DNA of 64,000 bases from Candidatus Eiseniibacteriota bacterium (GCA_963725865.1 CAVSAC010000012.1:800001-864000); one strand, 5' to 3'. Shown: positions 41,076 to 52,280, counted from the first letter of the stretch. Numbers and translations are program-made. Notes: generated by a model not told the origin, from the letters alone.

Positions 41076-42925
41076 AGGGAACGCAGCGACCGCGACCGGG
41101 CCGACCGGGAAGGGTGGCTGCGACGTTGGCGACCGCGCTGGCCGTCGCGGCGCTCGCCGCGCCGGGGGCGCGGGCCGCGCGCCGGAGCGGGGCTCCGCCC
41201 GACACCGTCGTGCTCAAGGAGACGGTGCGCTGGCTCGCCGATCCCGCGCGCGAGGGGCGCGGCGTCGGCACCGCGGGGTTGGACAGCGCGGCCGGGTTCG
41301 TCGAGGCGCGCATGCGCGCGCTGGGCCTGCGGCCCGCGGGCGACGACGGCGGCTGGCGCCAGTCGTTCGAGGTCACGACCGGCGTGGCGGTCGAGACGCC
41401 GACCACGTTCGCGATCGGCGCGCTGCGCGTGGAGCCCGGCGCCGACTTGCAGCCGCTCGGGTTCTCGACCAACGGCTCGCTGGCGGCACCGGTGGTGTTC
41501 GCGGGCTACGGCATCACCGCGAGCGCCCTGAACTGGGACGACTACGCGGGGCTCGACGTGCGCGACAAGCTGGTGCTGGTGCTGACCGCGGAGCCGGGTG
41601 AGAACGACTCGACCAGCCGCTTCGACGGCACCGTCAACACGCCGTTCGCCGAGCTGCGCACCAAGGCGATCAACGCGCGCGAGCACGGCGCGCTCGGGCT
41701 GGTGGTGGTGAACGGCCCCCAAGAGCACGCCGGCGAGGCGCCGCGCCCGCCGCGCAACGAGCGCACCGGCTACATGTCGAGCGGATTGCTGGCGGTGCAG
41801 GTCTCGGAGCGCATGGCGGACGCGCTGCTGAAGAGCGCGGCCACCACGCTGGCGGCGGCGCAGGCGGCGATCGAGGACGGAGGCGCTCCGCACTCGTTCG
41901 CACTGCCGGACTCGGCGACCATCACGGTCACGCTGCGGCGCACGCGCGCGCGCATCGCGAACGTGGTCGGGCGGCTGCCGGGGCGCGACAGCACGCGCAC
42001 GCTGGTGCTGGGTGCCCACTACGACCACCTCGGCTACGGCGGCGAGAACGCGCTCGACAACCAGCACGTGCCGCACCTGGGCGCCGACGACAACGCCTCC
42101 GGCACCGCGGCGCTGCTCGAGATCGCGCGCTTCGAGGCCGAGCGCGCGAAGCGCGGCTGGCGGCCGGCGCACGACCTGGTGTTCGCCTCGTTCACCGGCG
42201 AGGAGAGCGGCGTGCTGGGTTCGTCGCACTTCGTGGACGACGACTCCGCGCGGCTGCCGACCATCGAGGCCATGATCAACATGGACATGGTGGGGCGCCT
42301 CAAGGACGACAAGCTGATCGTGATGGGCACCGGCACATCGCCCGGCTTCGCGGCGCTGGTCGAGCACGTCGGGAGCGCGGCGGGCTTCAAGCTCGCGACC
42401 TCGAGCGACGGCTACGGGCCGAGCGACCACTCGTCGTTCTACAAGAAGCAGGTGCCGGTGTTGTTCCTGTTCACCGGCGCGCACAGCGACTACCACAAGC
42501 CCAGCGACACCTGGGACAAGCTGAACTACCCCGGGCTCGCGCGGGTGGCGCGGATGGCCGCGACGCTGCTGGACTCGCTCGACGCGGGGCCGCGCCCGCC
42601 CTACCGGCGCGCCGAGGCCGACACCAACCTGGCGCACGTGAGCGGCGTGCGCGGCTACGGCAGCGCCTACCTGGGCACCATCCCGGACTTCGGGCAGACC
42701 GAGGGCGGCGTGCTGCTGGCCGGCGTGCGCGAGCCGAGCCCGGCCCAGGCCGCGGGCCTGCGCGAGGGCGACGTGCTGGTGAAGTTCGACGGCATCCGCA
42801 TCGACAACCTGTACGACTACACGTACGCGCTCCGCTCCCGGAGGCCCGGGCAGCAGGTGCGCCTCACCATCAAGCGCGGCGGCCAGGAGCTCGAGATCGT
42901 CGTCACGCTGGGAAGGAGATCATGA
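41072..42925 (+). CDS. M28 family peptidase with PA and PDZ domains
   Basis: Signal peptide; VFAGYG (PA), GAHYDH, GADDNASG, GEE, SDH, YH; C-terminal PDZ. Confidence 0.92.
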   Translation: MKGTQRPRPGRPGRVAATLATALAVAALAAPGARAARRSGAPPDTVVLKETVRWLADPAREGRGVGTAGLDSAAGFVEARMRALGLRPAGDDGGWRQSFEVTTGVAVETPTTFAIGALRVEPGADLQPLGFSTNGSLAAPVVFAGYGITASALNWDDYAGLDVRDKLVLVLTAEPGENDSTSRFDGTVNTPFAELRTKAINAREHGALGLVVVNGPQEHAGEAPRPPRNERTGYMSSGLLAVQVSERMADALLKSAATTLAAAQAAIEDGGAPHSFALPDSATITVTLRRTRARIANVVGRLPGRDSTRTLVLGAHYDHLGYGGENALDNQHVPHLGADDNASGTAALLEIARFEAERAKRGWRPAHDLVFASFTGEESGVLGSSHFVDDDSARLPTIEAMINMDMVGRLKDDKLIVMGTGTSPGFAALVEHVGSAAGFKLATSSDGYGPSDHSSFYKKQVPVLFLFTGAHSDYHKPSDTWDKLNYPGLARVARMAATLLDSLDAGPRPPYRRAEADTNLAHVSGVRGYGSAYLGTIPDFGQTEGGVLLAGVREPSPAQAAGLREGDVLVKFDGIRIDNLYDYTYALRSRRPGQQVRLTIKRGGQELEIVVTLGRRS

Positions 42926-44004
42926 AGCTTCGCGCCGGGACCGTACTCGCACTGGCCGCCTTCGCCCTCGTCGCCGCCGCCCCCGCGCCGCGGCGCACTC
43001 CACCGGTGCCGCCCACGGCCGCCGCCGCCGACTCCCTGATCCGCCCGGGCGAGCGCCACTTCGCGCATCTGTGGCAGCTCACGTTCGGCGGGCAGAACGC
43101 CGAGGCCTACTGGTCGAACGACGGCACGAAGCTGATCCTGCAGTCCACCCGTGGCGACGCCCACTGCGATCAGGAATACGTGCTCGACCTGCGCACCGGC
43201 GTCACCACCCGGGTGAGCAACGGCCAGGGCCGCACCACGTGCGGCTACTTCTACGACCACGACCAGCGCGTGCTGTTCGCCTCGACGCACCTCGGCGGCG
43301 CCGAGTGCCCGCCCGAGCCGGACATGAGCCACGGCTACACCTGGCCGGTGTACGCGTCGTACGACATCTTCACCGCGAAGCCGGACGGCAGCGACCTGAA
43401 GCGCCTCACCGACAGTCCCGACTACGACGCGGAGGCCACGCTGTCGACCGACGGGCAGTGGATCGTGTTCACCTCGCTGCGCGAGGGCGACATCGACCTC
43501 TACAAGATGCACCCGGACGGCAGCGGGCTCACGCGTCTGACGCACGAGACCGGCTACGACGGCGGCGCGTACTTCTCGCGCGACGGGAAGTGGATCTGCT
43601 GGCGCACCCACCACCCGGCCGACTCCACCGAGACCGCGACCTACCGCGGCCTGCTCGCCCAGAACCTGGTGAAGCCGGGCGCCATGGACCTGTGGGTGAT
43701 GCGCTCCGACGGCTCGGACAAGCACCAGGTCACGCGCGACCCCGGGGCGTCGTTCGCGCCCTACTTCACGCCCGACGGCAAGCGGCTGATCTACGCGTCC
43801 AACCGGCTGCAGCCGCGCGGGCGCGACTTCGACCTCTACCTGATCGACGTCGCCGGCGGCACGCCCGAGCAGGTCACGCACGATCCCGACTTCGACGGCT
43901 TCCCGATGTTCAGCCCCGACGGCCGGTGGCTGGTGTTCTGCGCCAATCGCGGCGGCAAGGTGCGGGGCGAGACCAACGTGTTCCTCGCGGAGTGGCGCCG
44001 GTAG
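42922..44004 (+). CDS. TolB-like PD40 beta-propeller protein
   Basis: Signal peptide; repeated WSNDG, FSRDG, FTPDG and FSPDG motifs. Confidence 0.88.
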   Translation: MKLRAGTVLALAAFALVAAAPAPRRTPPVPPTAAAADSLIRPGERHFAHLWQLTFGGQNAEAYWSNDGTKLILQSTRGDAHCDQEYVLDLRTGVTTRVSNGQGRTTCGYFYDHDQRVLFASTHLGGAECPPEPDMSHGYTWPVYASYDIFTAKPDGSDLKRLTDSPDYDAEATLSTDGQWIVFTSLREGDIDLYKMHPDGSGLTRLTHETGYDGGAYFSRDGKWICWRTHHPADSTETATYRGLLAQNLVKPGAMDLWVMRSDGSDKHQVTRDPGASFAPYFTPDGKRLIYASNRLQPRGRDFDLYLIDVAGGTPEQVTHDPDFDGFPMFSPDGRWLVFCANRGGKVRGETNVFLAEWRR

Positions 44005-44067
44005 CGTACCCTTGCCGTCCCGGGTCGCACCGCATCCGCGGCGCGGCTCCCTCACGGAGGAGGCGCG

Positions 44068-45678
44068 ATGGGCAAGCGGCTCGAGTTCGACGACGCGGCG
44101 CGCGCCGCGCTGCTGCGCGGCGTGGACCAGCTGGCGGGCGCGGTGCGCGTCACGCTCGGCCCGCGCGGTCGCAACGTGGTGCTCGAGCACGGCGCCCACG
44201 TGCCCACCATCACGAACGACGGCCAGACCATCGCCGAGGCGATCGAGCTGGCCGACCCGTTCGAAAACCTCGGCGCCCGCATGGTGCGCGAGGCCGCGAC
44301 CGCGACCGCCGAGAGCGCCGGCGACGGCACCACCACCGCGACGGTGCTGGCGCAGGCGCTGATCACGCGCGGGCTGCAGGCGATCGCGGCCGGCCACGAC
44401 CCGATGGCGCTGCGGCGCGGCATCGAGCACGCGGTGGCCGCGGTGGTCGAGCACCTGGCGCGGACCGCCCGCCAGGTGCACGGGCGCGACGACCTGCTCC
44501 ACGTGGCGACGGTGAGCGCCGGCGGCGACGCGGAGCTGGCGCGGCTGGTGGCGGACGCGTTCGAGCGCGTCGGCCCGCAGGGCGTCGTGCAGGTCGAGGA
44601 TGGGCAGGGCCGCGGCACCACGCTCGACGTGGTGGAGGGCGTGCAGCTGGCCGGCGGCTGGCTGTCGCCGTACTTCGTCACCGCGCCCGACCGCATGGAG
44701 GCCATGCTCGAGCATCCGCTGGTGCTGGTGGCGGCCGCCACCTGCACCGACGCGCGGGACCTGGTGCCCGCGCTCGAGATCGCGGCGCGCGCGCACCGCC
44801 CGCTGCTGGTGATCGCCGAGGACGTCGAGGGCGAGGCGCTCGCCACGCTGGTCGTGAACCGGCTGCGCGGCACCGCGCCGTCGGCCGCGGTGCGGGCGCC
44901 CGGCAGCGGCGAGGCGCGCCGCGCGCTGCTGGAGGACCTGGCCGTGCTCACCGGCGCGACGTTGATCGCCGCGGACGCCGGCCGCACGCTCGACGGCGTG
45001 ACCGAGGCGGACCTGGGCCGCGCGCGCGACGCGGTGGTGGAGCGCGACACCACCACGCTGGTCGAGGGCGGCGGCTCCGCCGAGGCGATCCGCACCCACC
45101 TCGCGCGGCTCGAGCGCGAGCTGGCCGAGGCGGAGCGCGAGCGCGAGAAGCTGGCCGTGCGCGAGCGCATCGCGCGGCTCACCGGCGGCATCGCGGTGAT
45201 GCGCGTGGGCGGCGACACCGAGATGGCGATCGCCGAGCGCCGCCAGCGCCTCGAGGACGCGCTCGCCGCCACCCGCGCGGCCCTCGAGGAGGGCGTGCAC
45301 ACCGGCGGCGGCGTGGCGCTGCTGCGCGCGCAGGCGGCGGTGCGCGCGATGCCGCCCGTGGAACAGCGCGACGAGCAGCGCGGGCGCGAGATCGTGATCG
45401 AGGCGCTCGAGGAGCCGGCGCGCCAGATCGCCCACAACGCCGGCGCCGACGGCGCCGTGGTGGTCGAGCGCATCCGCGCGGGGAGCGGGAGCGAGGGCTA
45501 CGACGCCGAGCGCGGGGAGTTCTGCGACCTCGACGCGGCCGGAATCCTCGATCCGGCGAAGGTCACCCGCTCGGCCCTCCAGCACGCCGCGAGCGTGAGC
45601 GCGCTGGTGCTCACCACCGACGCGATCGTGGTGGACGCCCCCGAGGGCGAGGGCGAGGAGCCGGCGGGTGAGGAATGA
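44068..45678 (+). CDS. groEL: chaperonin GroEL, divergent paralog
   Basis: TLGPRGRNV, ITNDG, AGDGTTTATVLA, IAEDVEGEALATLVVN, GILDPAKVTRSAL. No GGM tail and no adjacent groES. Confidence 0.93.
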   Translation: MGKRLEFDDAARAALLRGVDQLAGAVRVTLGPRGRNVVLEHGAHVPTITNDGQTIAEAIELADPFENLGARMVREAATATAESAGDGTTTATVLAQALITRGLQAIAAGHDPMALRRGIEHAVAAVVEHLARTARQVHGRDDLLHVATVSAGGDAELARLVADAFERVGPQGVVQVEDGQGRGTTLDVVEGVQLAGGWLSPYFVTAPDRMEAMLEHPLVLVAAATCTDARDLVPALEIAARAHRPLLVIAEDVEGEALATLVVNRLRGTAPSAAVRAPGSGEARRALLEDLAVLTGATLIAADAGRTLDGVTEADLGRARDAVVERDTTTLVEGGGSAEAIRTHLARLERELAEAEREREKLAVRERIARLTGGIAVMRVGGDTEMAIAERRQRLEDALAATRAALEEGVHTGGGVALLRAQAAVRAMPPVEQRDEQRGREIVIEALEEPARQIAHNAGADGAVVVERIRAGSGSEGYDAERGEFCDLDAAGILDPAKVTRSALQHAASVSALVLTTDAIVVDAPEGEGEEPAGEE

Positions 45679-46283
45679 GCGGGGCGCGCGGGATCACTGG
45701 GTCACGAGACCGCATTGCCGATGCTCGTGGCGCGAGGATGACCGGGATGGGAATGCGCGGCTGGATGGTGGGTCTACTGGTGCTGGGTAGCGTTGGCGCC
45801 GGCACGCCCGACCGACCGAGCCCCGCGGGACTTACGACGATCGTCGTGCGGGGCAAGGCGCAGGACGTCGTGCTTGTGGATCCGCGCGGCCGAGTGGACA
45901 GGTCCGAGCCACGCAAGGGGGACGTGCCGATCCCGGCATGCACACGATGGGACGGGGGTACGGAGACGACGCTGGACGACTCCGCGGATGTCGAGACGGA
46001 CGTCGAGGAAGCCGGGCCGGGCAACGTCGTCACCCAGATCGAGCTGGCCAGACCGATCGTCGGACGCTACCGCCTCTACGCGACGGCGACCGAGATCGGC
46101 GCGTTGAGCGTAGTCGTGACGCCGGTCGTGTCGACCGCCCAGAACAACGAATGCCCCGAACTGAGGCGGGATCTCGCGAAGGGAAGCGGGCGGTATGTCT
46201 GGGCCATCGACTTCCTGTCGGATCAAGGTGTCGGCCGATGCGCTGTGCGCATCGCCCCCGCGACGCCCAGCCGTAGGAAGTGA
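45675..46283 (+). CDS. hypothetical secreted protein (atypical codon usage)
   Basis: Open frame with a signal-like segment MRGWMVGLLVLGSVGA; true start may be 45738-45753. Confidence 0.55.
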   Translation: MSGARGITGSRDRIADARGARMTGMGMRGWMVGLLVLGSVGAGTPDRPSPAGLTTIVVRGKAQDVVLVDPRGRVDRSEPRKGDVPIPACTRWDGGTETTLDDSADVETDVEEAGPGNVVTQIELARPIVGRYRLYATATEIGALSVVVTPVVSTAQNNECPELRRDLAKGSGRYVWAIDFLSDQGVGRCAVRIAPATPSRRK

Positions 46284-46410
46284 TCGACGAGAGTCTCGTC
46301 CGAGAAACGCGGCTGGACGGAGGGTCGCGATCCTTGGCCTTGGTGACCGACCGAGACTATCGACTCCGGAGTATCCGACATCAGGGCCTCGGTACGGCGC
46401 AGGAGAACTG

Positions 46411-47319
46411 ATGAGAGCCGCGAAGGCAGCAGTGCGAACCACACAAGTGACGATCTTCATCGGGCTCTTGCTGAGCATCTCATGCGGCTGCGAGCGATCA
46501 TCAGCACGGCCGACCGGGCGACTGATCTTCACCGTGCCGGGCAGCGAGGTGGGAATGGTGGATCTGACGACCCGGGCGCACTCACGGCTCGCGTGGCTCT
46601 GGCCCACCTCGCACTGGAATGGCGGAATCGGTGGGGTCGTGCAAGGCCGCGCGATCCTGTCCGTGTCCGGTATGAACGACGCCGTGGGGATCGTCTACGT
46701 AGTGCCGCTCGCCGGCGGTCGCCTGATGCCGATCTTGAACGCGGACATCCCCGTCGCGACGACCGATGGTCGGTGGATCGTGTGCCGACCGGATGGCGAT
46801 GAGGCCGCCGCGAGGATGCTCCGGATCGCCACCTCGCCTGACTCGAACCGGATCCGCGTCGACACGCTTTCACCCCGCTTGGCGGTGTCCCGGGACTACG
46901 ATCAGTGGTCGCCGCCCGTGGCGCTGGATTCGGCTTGGGTGGCGTTCCGGGGACGGGATGGGGCCGTCTGGAAGTGCGACGCCGGCTCGGGTCGAGTGGA
47001 GAGGCTCGGGGGCGACGGTCTGATTCCCATGTTTCGAGTGGCGGGAACTAAGCTCCTCATCTGTGGGCGCTCGAGCAGCCGCACGATCGTCGCGTTCGAT
47101 CTCGAAAGCGCTCGAGCAGCCCCGGTGGGCGACTTGAGGGGCATGGTGGGCTATGCGCCGCATCCTCAGGAGCCCCTGACGCTGGTCGTGGTGCCCGGTC
47201 GGCCGCGGATCGGAAGGGACAGCTATCGACTGGAATTGCGAGACTGGCGGAACGGCAGCCGCCACGTGGTGGATGAGGACTTCTACTTCAGTGGGAACGC
47301 AGTTTGGTTGGCGGACTAG
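46411..47319 (+). CDS. hypothetical lipoprotein or beta-propeller-like protein (atypical codon usage)
   Basis: SD AGGAG; hydrophobic segment ending LSISCGC; beta-rich remainder. Confidence 0.55.
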   Translation: MRAAKAAVRTTQVTIFIGLLLSISCGCERSSARPTGRLIFTVPGSEVGMVDLTTRAHSRLAWLWPTSHWNGGIGGVVQGRAILSVSGMNDAVGIVYVVPLAGGRLMPILNADIPVATTDGRWIVCRPDGDEAAARMLRIATSPDSNRIRVDTLSPRLAVSRDYDQWSPPVALDSAWVAFRGRDGAVWKCDAGSGRVERLGGDGLIPMFRVAGTKLLICGRSSSRTIVAFDLESARAAPVGDLRGMVGYAPHPQEPLTLVVVPGRPRIGRDSYRLELRDWRNGSRHVVDEDFYFSGNAVWLAD

Positions 47320-47368
47320 GAGATTGAGCACGCCGCTACGGGCGGCCTGCTCCTCCGACCGATGAAGC

Positions 47369-47923
47369 TCAGGCGCGCCGCCGCGCCGGCTTGCGGCTTG
47401 CGGTCTTCGCCCGCTTCGCGCCGTTCGCGCTCGCCCCGGCTCTGCGCGGCCGCTGCTTCGCCGAGATCGACTTGACCACCGTGCGCACCGGGCCGCGCGC
47501 CGGCATCGGCACCTTCGACTGCGGCGACGGCGGCGCGCACGATCGCCACGACCGCGGCTGATCGAGATCGGCGGCGCTCGCGCGGCGCAGGAAGCGGTTG
47601 AAGTTCCCGCAGCCCTCCAGGAGGCCCTCGGGGTCGGGCAGCGTCGCGCCCTGCAGCAACGCGAGGCCCACGCCGCGCGCGTAGGCGGCGATCGAGATGA
47701 TCGCCTCCGAGGCGCGCTCGGAGGGGCCGTAGCCGATCACGAAGAAGTTGTAGTTGTCGTACACCATCTCGATCGGCGGTCGGGAAGCGCCGCCGCACCT
47801 TCACGCGCGAGGCGCGGATCAGGCGCTGGATCGGCGGGTCGAACTTGGCGATGAATCCGTCCACCTGCCTCAGCGACGGACGCGGCGTGGAAGTGGGGAC
47901 GGCTTCGCGGGCGGCTTCTTCAT
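47369..47923 (-). pseudogene. frameshifted DUF1801-like gene
   Basis: Segments FIAKFDP..RRRFPTA, EMVYDNYNFFVIGYGPSERASEAI..LPDPEGLLEG, AVVAIVRAAV and VVKSISAKQRPRR alternate between frames; strong SD at ATG 47923. Confidence 0.7.
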
Positions 47924-48032
47924 GGAGAGCTCCTCCTCGGCGAGGCGATCGCGGCCGTGGCGATGCGCTCGCGTCGACGCGCGGAGTGCCGGCACGTGTA
48001 CGGGCCGGCGCGCACGCGAGCGGCGCGCGCGC

Positions 48033-48887
48033 TCACGGCGCGGGCAATCCGAGCGGGCGGCGCTCCGGCGCCTGCCACACGACGCGCGCGGAGGCTCCGG
48101 TCTCGGTCGCCAGCACCGTCTCCAGCTCCGCCGCCTCGAGTGCGACCACCGCGAGCCCGCGCCAGTCGTCGCCGTCGGCGCACGCGCTGGTCAGCCGCCC
48201 GCAGCGCTCGCCCGCGCGCAGCAGATCGCCCGGGACGTCGGGTGCCGCGCCGGAGCCCGCGAGTCCCACCAGCCGGCGGCGCGGCCCACGGTAGGTCACC
48301 AGCCGCATCAGCGTCTCCTGCCCGGTGAAGCAGCCCTTCGACAGGTGCACCTCGTGCGCGAGGCCGACCTCGAACGGCGTGAAGTCCTCGGCGATCTCGT
48401 GGCGGTGGCGCGGCTGGCCGCGCACGATGCGGTCGAGCTCGTCGATGGGATCGGACACAACGCCGGGCGCGTCGTCGACCACCACCGCGAACGCGTCGTC
48501 GACCTGCACCTCGCGCGGCAGGCCGTTCGCCTCGCGGAGCGTGCCCGGCGGCAGCGCCGGCGTGCCGCGGCGCGCGCGTACCACGTGGCCGATGCCGGCA
48601 TCGGCGAGCGTCAGATTCTCGCGGAACACCGAGCGGTCCACGAACGCGCGCAGCTCCTCGCCGGGCCCGTCGTCGCGCAGCAGCCACACGGCGCCGTCCG
48701 CGGTCACCGCCACCGCCGCGCGATGAAGCAGCCGGGCGCGGAAGTCGCAGAACAGCGTGGCCCGCACCTGTCCCGGCGCCAGGTCGGCGAGATACGCGGT
48801 CGCGATGCGGTGCAGCAGCGGGAGCGCGTCGGGGCCGGCCAGGCGCACGAGCGCGCCGGCGGAACCGGTCGTGGGGGGCGTCGACAT
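48033..48887 (-). CDS. YgfZ/GcvT-like folate-binding protein
   Basis: GPDA..LH, PFEVGL, KGCFTGQE motif. Confidence 0.88.
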   Translation of the reverse strand: MSTPPTTGSAGALVRLAGPDALPLLHRIATAYLADLAPGQVRATLFCDFRARLLHRAAVAVTADGAVWLLRDDGPGEELRAFVDRSVFRENLTLADAGIGHVVRARRGTPALPPGTLREANGLPREVQVDDAFAVVVDDAPGVVSDPIDELDRIVRGQPRHRHEIAEDFTPFEVGLAHEVHLSKGCFTGQETLMRLVTYRGPRRRLVGLAGSGAAPDVPGDLLRAGERCGRLTSACADGDDWRGLAVVALEAAELETVLATETGASARVVWQAPERRPLGLPAP

Positions 48888-48969
48888 GGGCCGACCCTAT
48901 CGGGGTCCGCACCGCTGGCGCAAGCCCGGGGGCGCTGCTAGAGTCGCGCCGCGCTGCGCGCACCCGCCC

Positions 48970-50043
48970 ATGACTCCGACCACCGCCTCCATCGTCGAGC
49001 TGCTGACCACGCTCGTGGACATCCCGAGTGTCACCGGGGACGAAGCTCGCATCGCCACGTTCGTGAGCGAGCGATTGCGCGCCGCCGGCACGGGCGAGGT
49101 GATGCGCTCGGGGAACGGCGTGGTGTGGCGCGGGCCCCAGCGGGGTCGCCCGCTCGCGCTGCTCGCCGGTCACCTCGACACGGTGCCGCCCAACGACAAC
49201 GCGCGCGCGCGCCTCGACGGCGACAAGCTCTTCGGACTCGGCACCACCGACATGAAGGGCGGCGTGGCGGTGATGCTGGCGCTGCTCGAGGGGCTCGACC
49301 TGGCGCGGCTGCGGTTCGATCTCGCGCTGGTGTTCTACGACGCGGAGGAGGGGCCTGCCGACGGCAACGGGCTCGGCCGCCTGCTGCACGAGATGCCGTG
49401 GCTGCGGCAGGCCGCGTTCGCGGTGCTGCTCGAGCCCACCGACGGCGCGGTCGAGCTGGGGTGCAACGGCGTGATGAACGCCGAAGTGCGCGTGACCGGC
49501 CGCAGCGCGCACGCCGCGCGGCCGTGGACCGGCGTGAACGCGGTCGAGCGCGCCGCGCCGTGGCTGGCCGAGATCGTGCACTTCCCGACGACGCCGGTGA
49601 CGCTGCAGGGGATCGAGTACCGCGAGACGCTCCAGGTCACCACGCTGCACGCCGGCCGCGCGCGCAACGTGGTGCCCGACGAGCTGGTCGTCAACCTGAA
49701 CCACCGATTCACGCCCGATCACACCATCGCCGACGCCGAGCGCAAGCTGCGCGCGCTGGTGCCGGCGGAGTTCGAGCTGCGCATCGTCGACGCCGCGCCG
49801 GCGGGCAAGGTGGCGGCCGATCATCCCGAGGTGGCGGCGTTCATCCGCCGCTTCGGCCTGCGCACCGCGGGCAAGCAGGGCTGGACCGACGTCGCGCGCT
49901 TCACTGAGGCGGGCATCGCGGCCTTCAACTTCGGCCCCGGGGTCCCGGACCTCTGCCACGTGCGCGACGAGTATTGTCCGATCGCGAACCTCGAGCCGGC
50001 GTGCCGCATGCTGGCCGAGTTCCTGAGCGAGGAACGAGCATGA
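48970..50043 (+). CDS. dapE: succinyl-diaminopimelate desuccinylase
   Basis: M20 motifs GHLDTV, DMKGG, EE, EPT, HAARPW, WTDV; clustered with dapC and dapD. Confidence 0.9.
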   Translation: MTPTTASIVELLTTLVDIPSVTGDEARIATFVSERLRAAGTGEVMRSGNGVVWRGPQRGRPLALLAGHLDTVPPNDNARARLDGDKLFGLGTTDMKGGVAVMLALLEGLDLARLRFDLALVFYDAEEGPADGNGLGRLLHEMPWLRQAAFAVLLEPTDGAVELGCNGVMNAEVRVTGRSAHAARPWTGVNAVERAAPWLAEIVHFPTTPVTLQGIEYRETLQVTTLHAGRARNVVPDELVVNLNHRFTPDHTIADAERKLRALVPAEFELRIVDAAPAGKVAADHPEVAAFIRRFGLRTAGKQGWTDVARFTEAGIAAFNFGPGVPDLCHVRDEYCPIANLEPACRMLAEFLSEERA

Positions 50044-50096
50044 AGAAGACCCGTGCCCGCAGGACCTCCGGTGCCGCGAAGCGTACCCGCCGCGCC

Positions 50097-50180
50097 GCGA
50101 AGCCCGCGCGCCGCGTCACGAAGGCCGCGCACCGCGTCACGAAACCTGCGCGCCGCGTCGCGAAGCCCGCGCGCGCGCGC
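50097..50180 (+). repeat. 21-bp tandem repeat (about 4 copies) encoding (A/T)K(P/A)A(R/H)RV, ending in a (GC)6 tract
   Basis: Units start at 50097, 50118, 50139 and 50160, in a basic reading frame starting at ATG 50040. Confidence 0.8.
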
Positions 50181-50227
50181 CCGCCGCGGCCGCCGCGCCG
50201 CGCGCGCGCGCCGCCCGCCGCGCGCCG

Positions 50228-51381
50228 GTGCTCGCGCCGCTCCATCCGCTGCTCGCCGGCACCCGCGAGTACCCGTTCGTCACGCTCGACAGGAAGCGCG
50301 CGGCGCTCTGCCCGCCGGGGCTCGAGGCCATCAACTTCGGGATGGGCGATCCGCGCGAGCTGACGCCGGAGTTCATCAAGCAGGCGATGCGGGACTCGAT
50401 CCCGGCGATGTCGTCGTATCCGGCGGCGGCCGGACAGCCCGCGCTGCGCGCCGCGTGCGCGCGCTGGGTGCAGCGGCGCTTCGGCGTCACGCTCGACCCC
50501 GACCGTCACGTGCTGCCGGCGAACGGCAGCAAGGAAGCGGTGTTCCTGATGGCGCTCGCGATGATCGACCGCGCCGCGCGCCGCCGGAAGGACCTCGTCA
50601 TCATTCCGACTCCGGCGTACCCGGTGTACGAATCGGGCGCCGTGTTCGCGGGCGGCACGCCGTACTTCGTGCCGCTGCGCAGCGCCGACCAGTGGCGCTT
50701 CGTGCCCGAGCGCGTGCCCGCGAAGGTCTGGGACCGCGCCGCGCTGTTGTGGCTCACCACGCCGCACAATCCCACCGGCGCCGTGTCCCCGCCCGAGCTG
50801 ACGGCGCGGGTGCTCGAGACCGCGCGCCGCCACGGCGTGTGGGTGGCGTCGGACGAGGCGTACAGCGAGATCTGGTTCGACCAGCCGCCGGGCTCGACGC
50901 TGCAGCACGGGCTCGACAACGTGATCGCGCTGCACACCCTCAGCAAGCGCTCGGCGATGACCGGCTTCCGCTCGGGCTTCATGGCCGGCGACCCGCGCTT
51001 GATCGACGCGCTGCGGCGCTTCCGCCCGAACGCCGGCGTGGCGACGCCCGACTTCGTGCAGTCGGCGGCGATCGCTGCGTGGAACGACGACGAGCACCCG
51101 CGCGCGCAGCGCGCGCGTTACGCCGAGAAGCGCCGGCTGATGCTCGACTACTTCGGCACGCGCGGCTGGACGGTCGAGGCGAGCGAGGCGTCGTTCTACC
51201 TGTGGCTGAAGGCGCCGGGCGGAGACGACGTGGCGTTCGTGGAGTCCCTGCTGAAGGCCGGGCTGGTGTGCATGCCGGGCTCGTTCCTGGGGCGCGGCGG
51301 CGAGGGCTTCGTGCGCTTCGCGCTGGTGCCCACGCCCGAGCAGTGCCGCGAAGCGATCGCCCGCCTCGCCGGGGTGCGCGG

Positions 51382-51385
<4 letters not shown>
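50228..51385 (+). CDS. dapC: N-succinyldiaminopimelate aminotransferase (PLP class I/II)
   Basis: EYPF, GSKEAVF, PHNPTG, SDEAY, LSKRS..TGFRSG; located between dapE and dapD. Confidence 0.85.
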
Positions 51386-52218
<833 letters not shown>

Positions 52219-52280
52219 GGCGCGGGGATCGCGGCCGGGACGCGCGCGGCGCCGCGCCGGCCCACCCGAGCCCGCATGGC

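Noticed and set aside
41072..44004. M28-PDZ peptidase plus PD40 protein pair as a novel system
   Set aside because: Ordinary exported peptidase and beta-propeller families with nothing unusual in the sequence.
37284..45585. Long antisense or alternative-frame ORFs (37284-40613, 42817-45585, 43071-45671) and many similar ones across the window
   Set aside because: Arg/Ala/Pro-rich shadows of well-supported genes, expected from the scarcity of stop codons at high GC.
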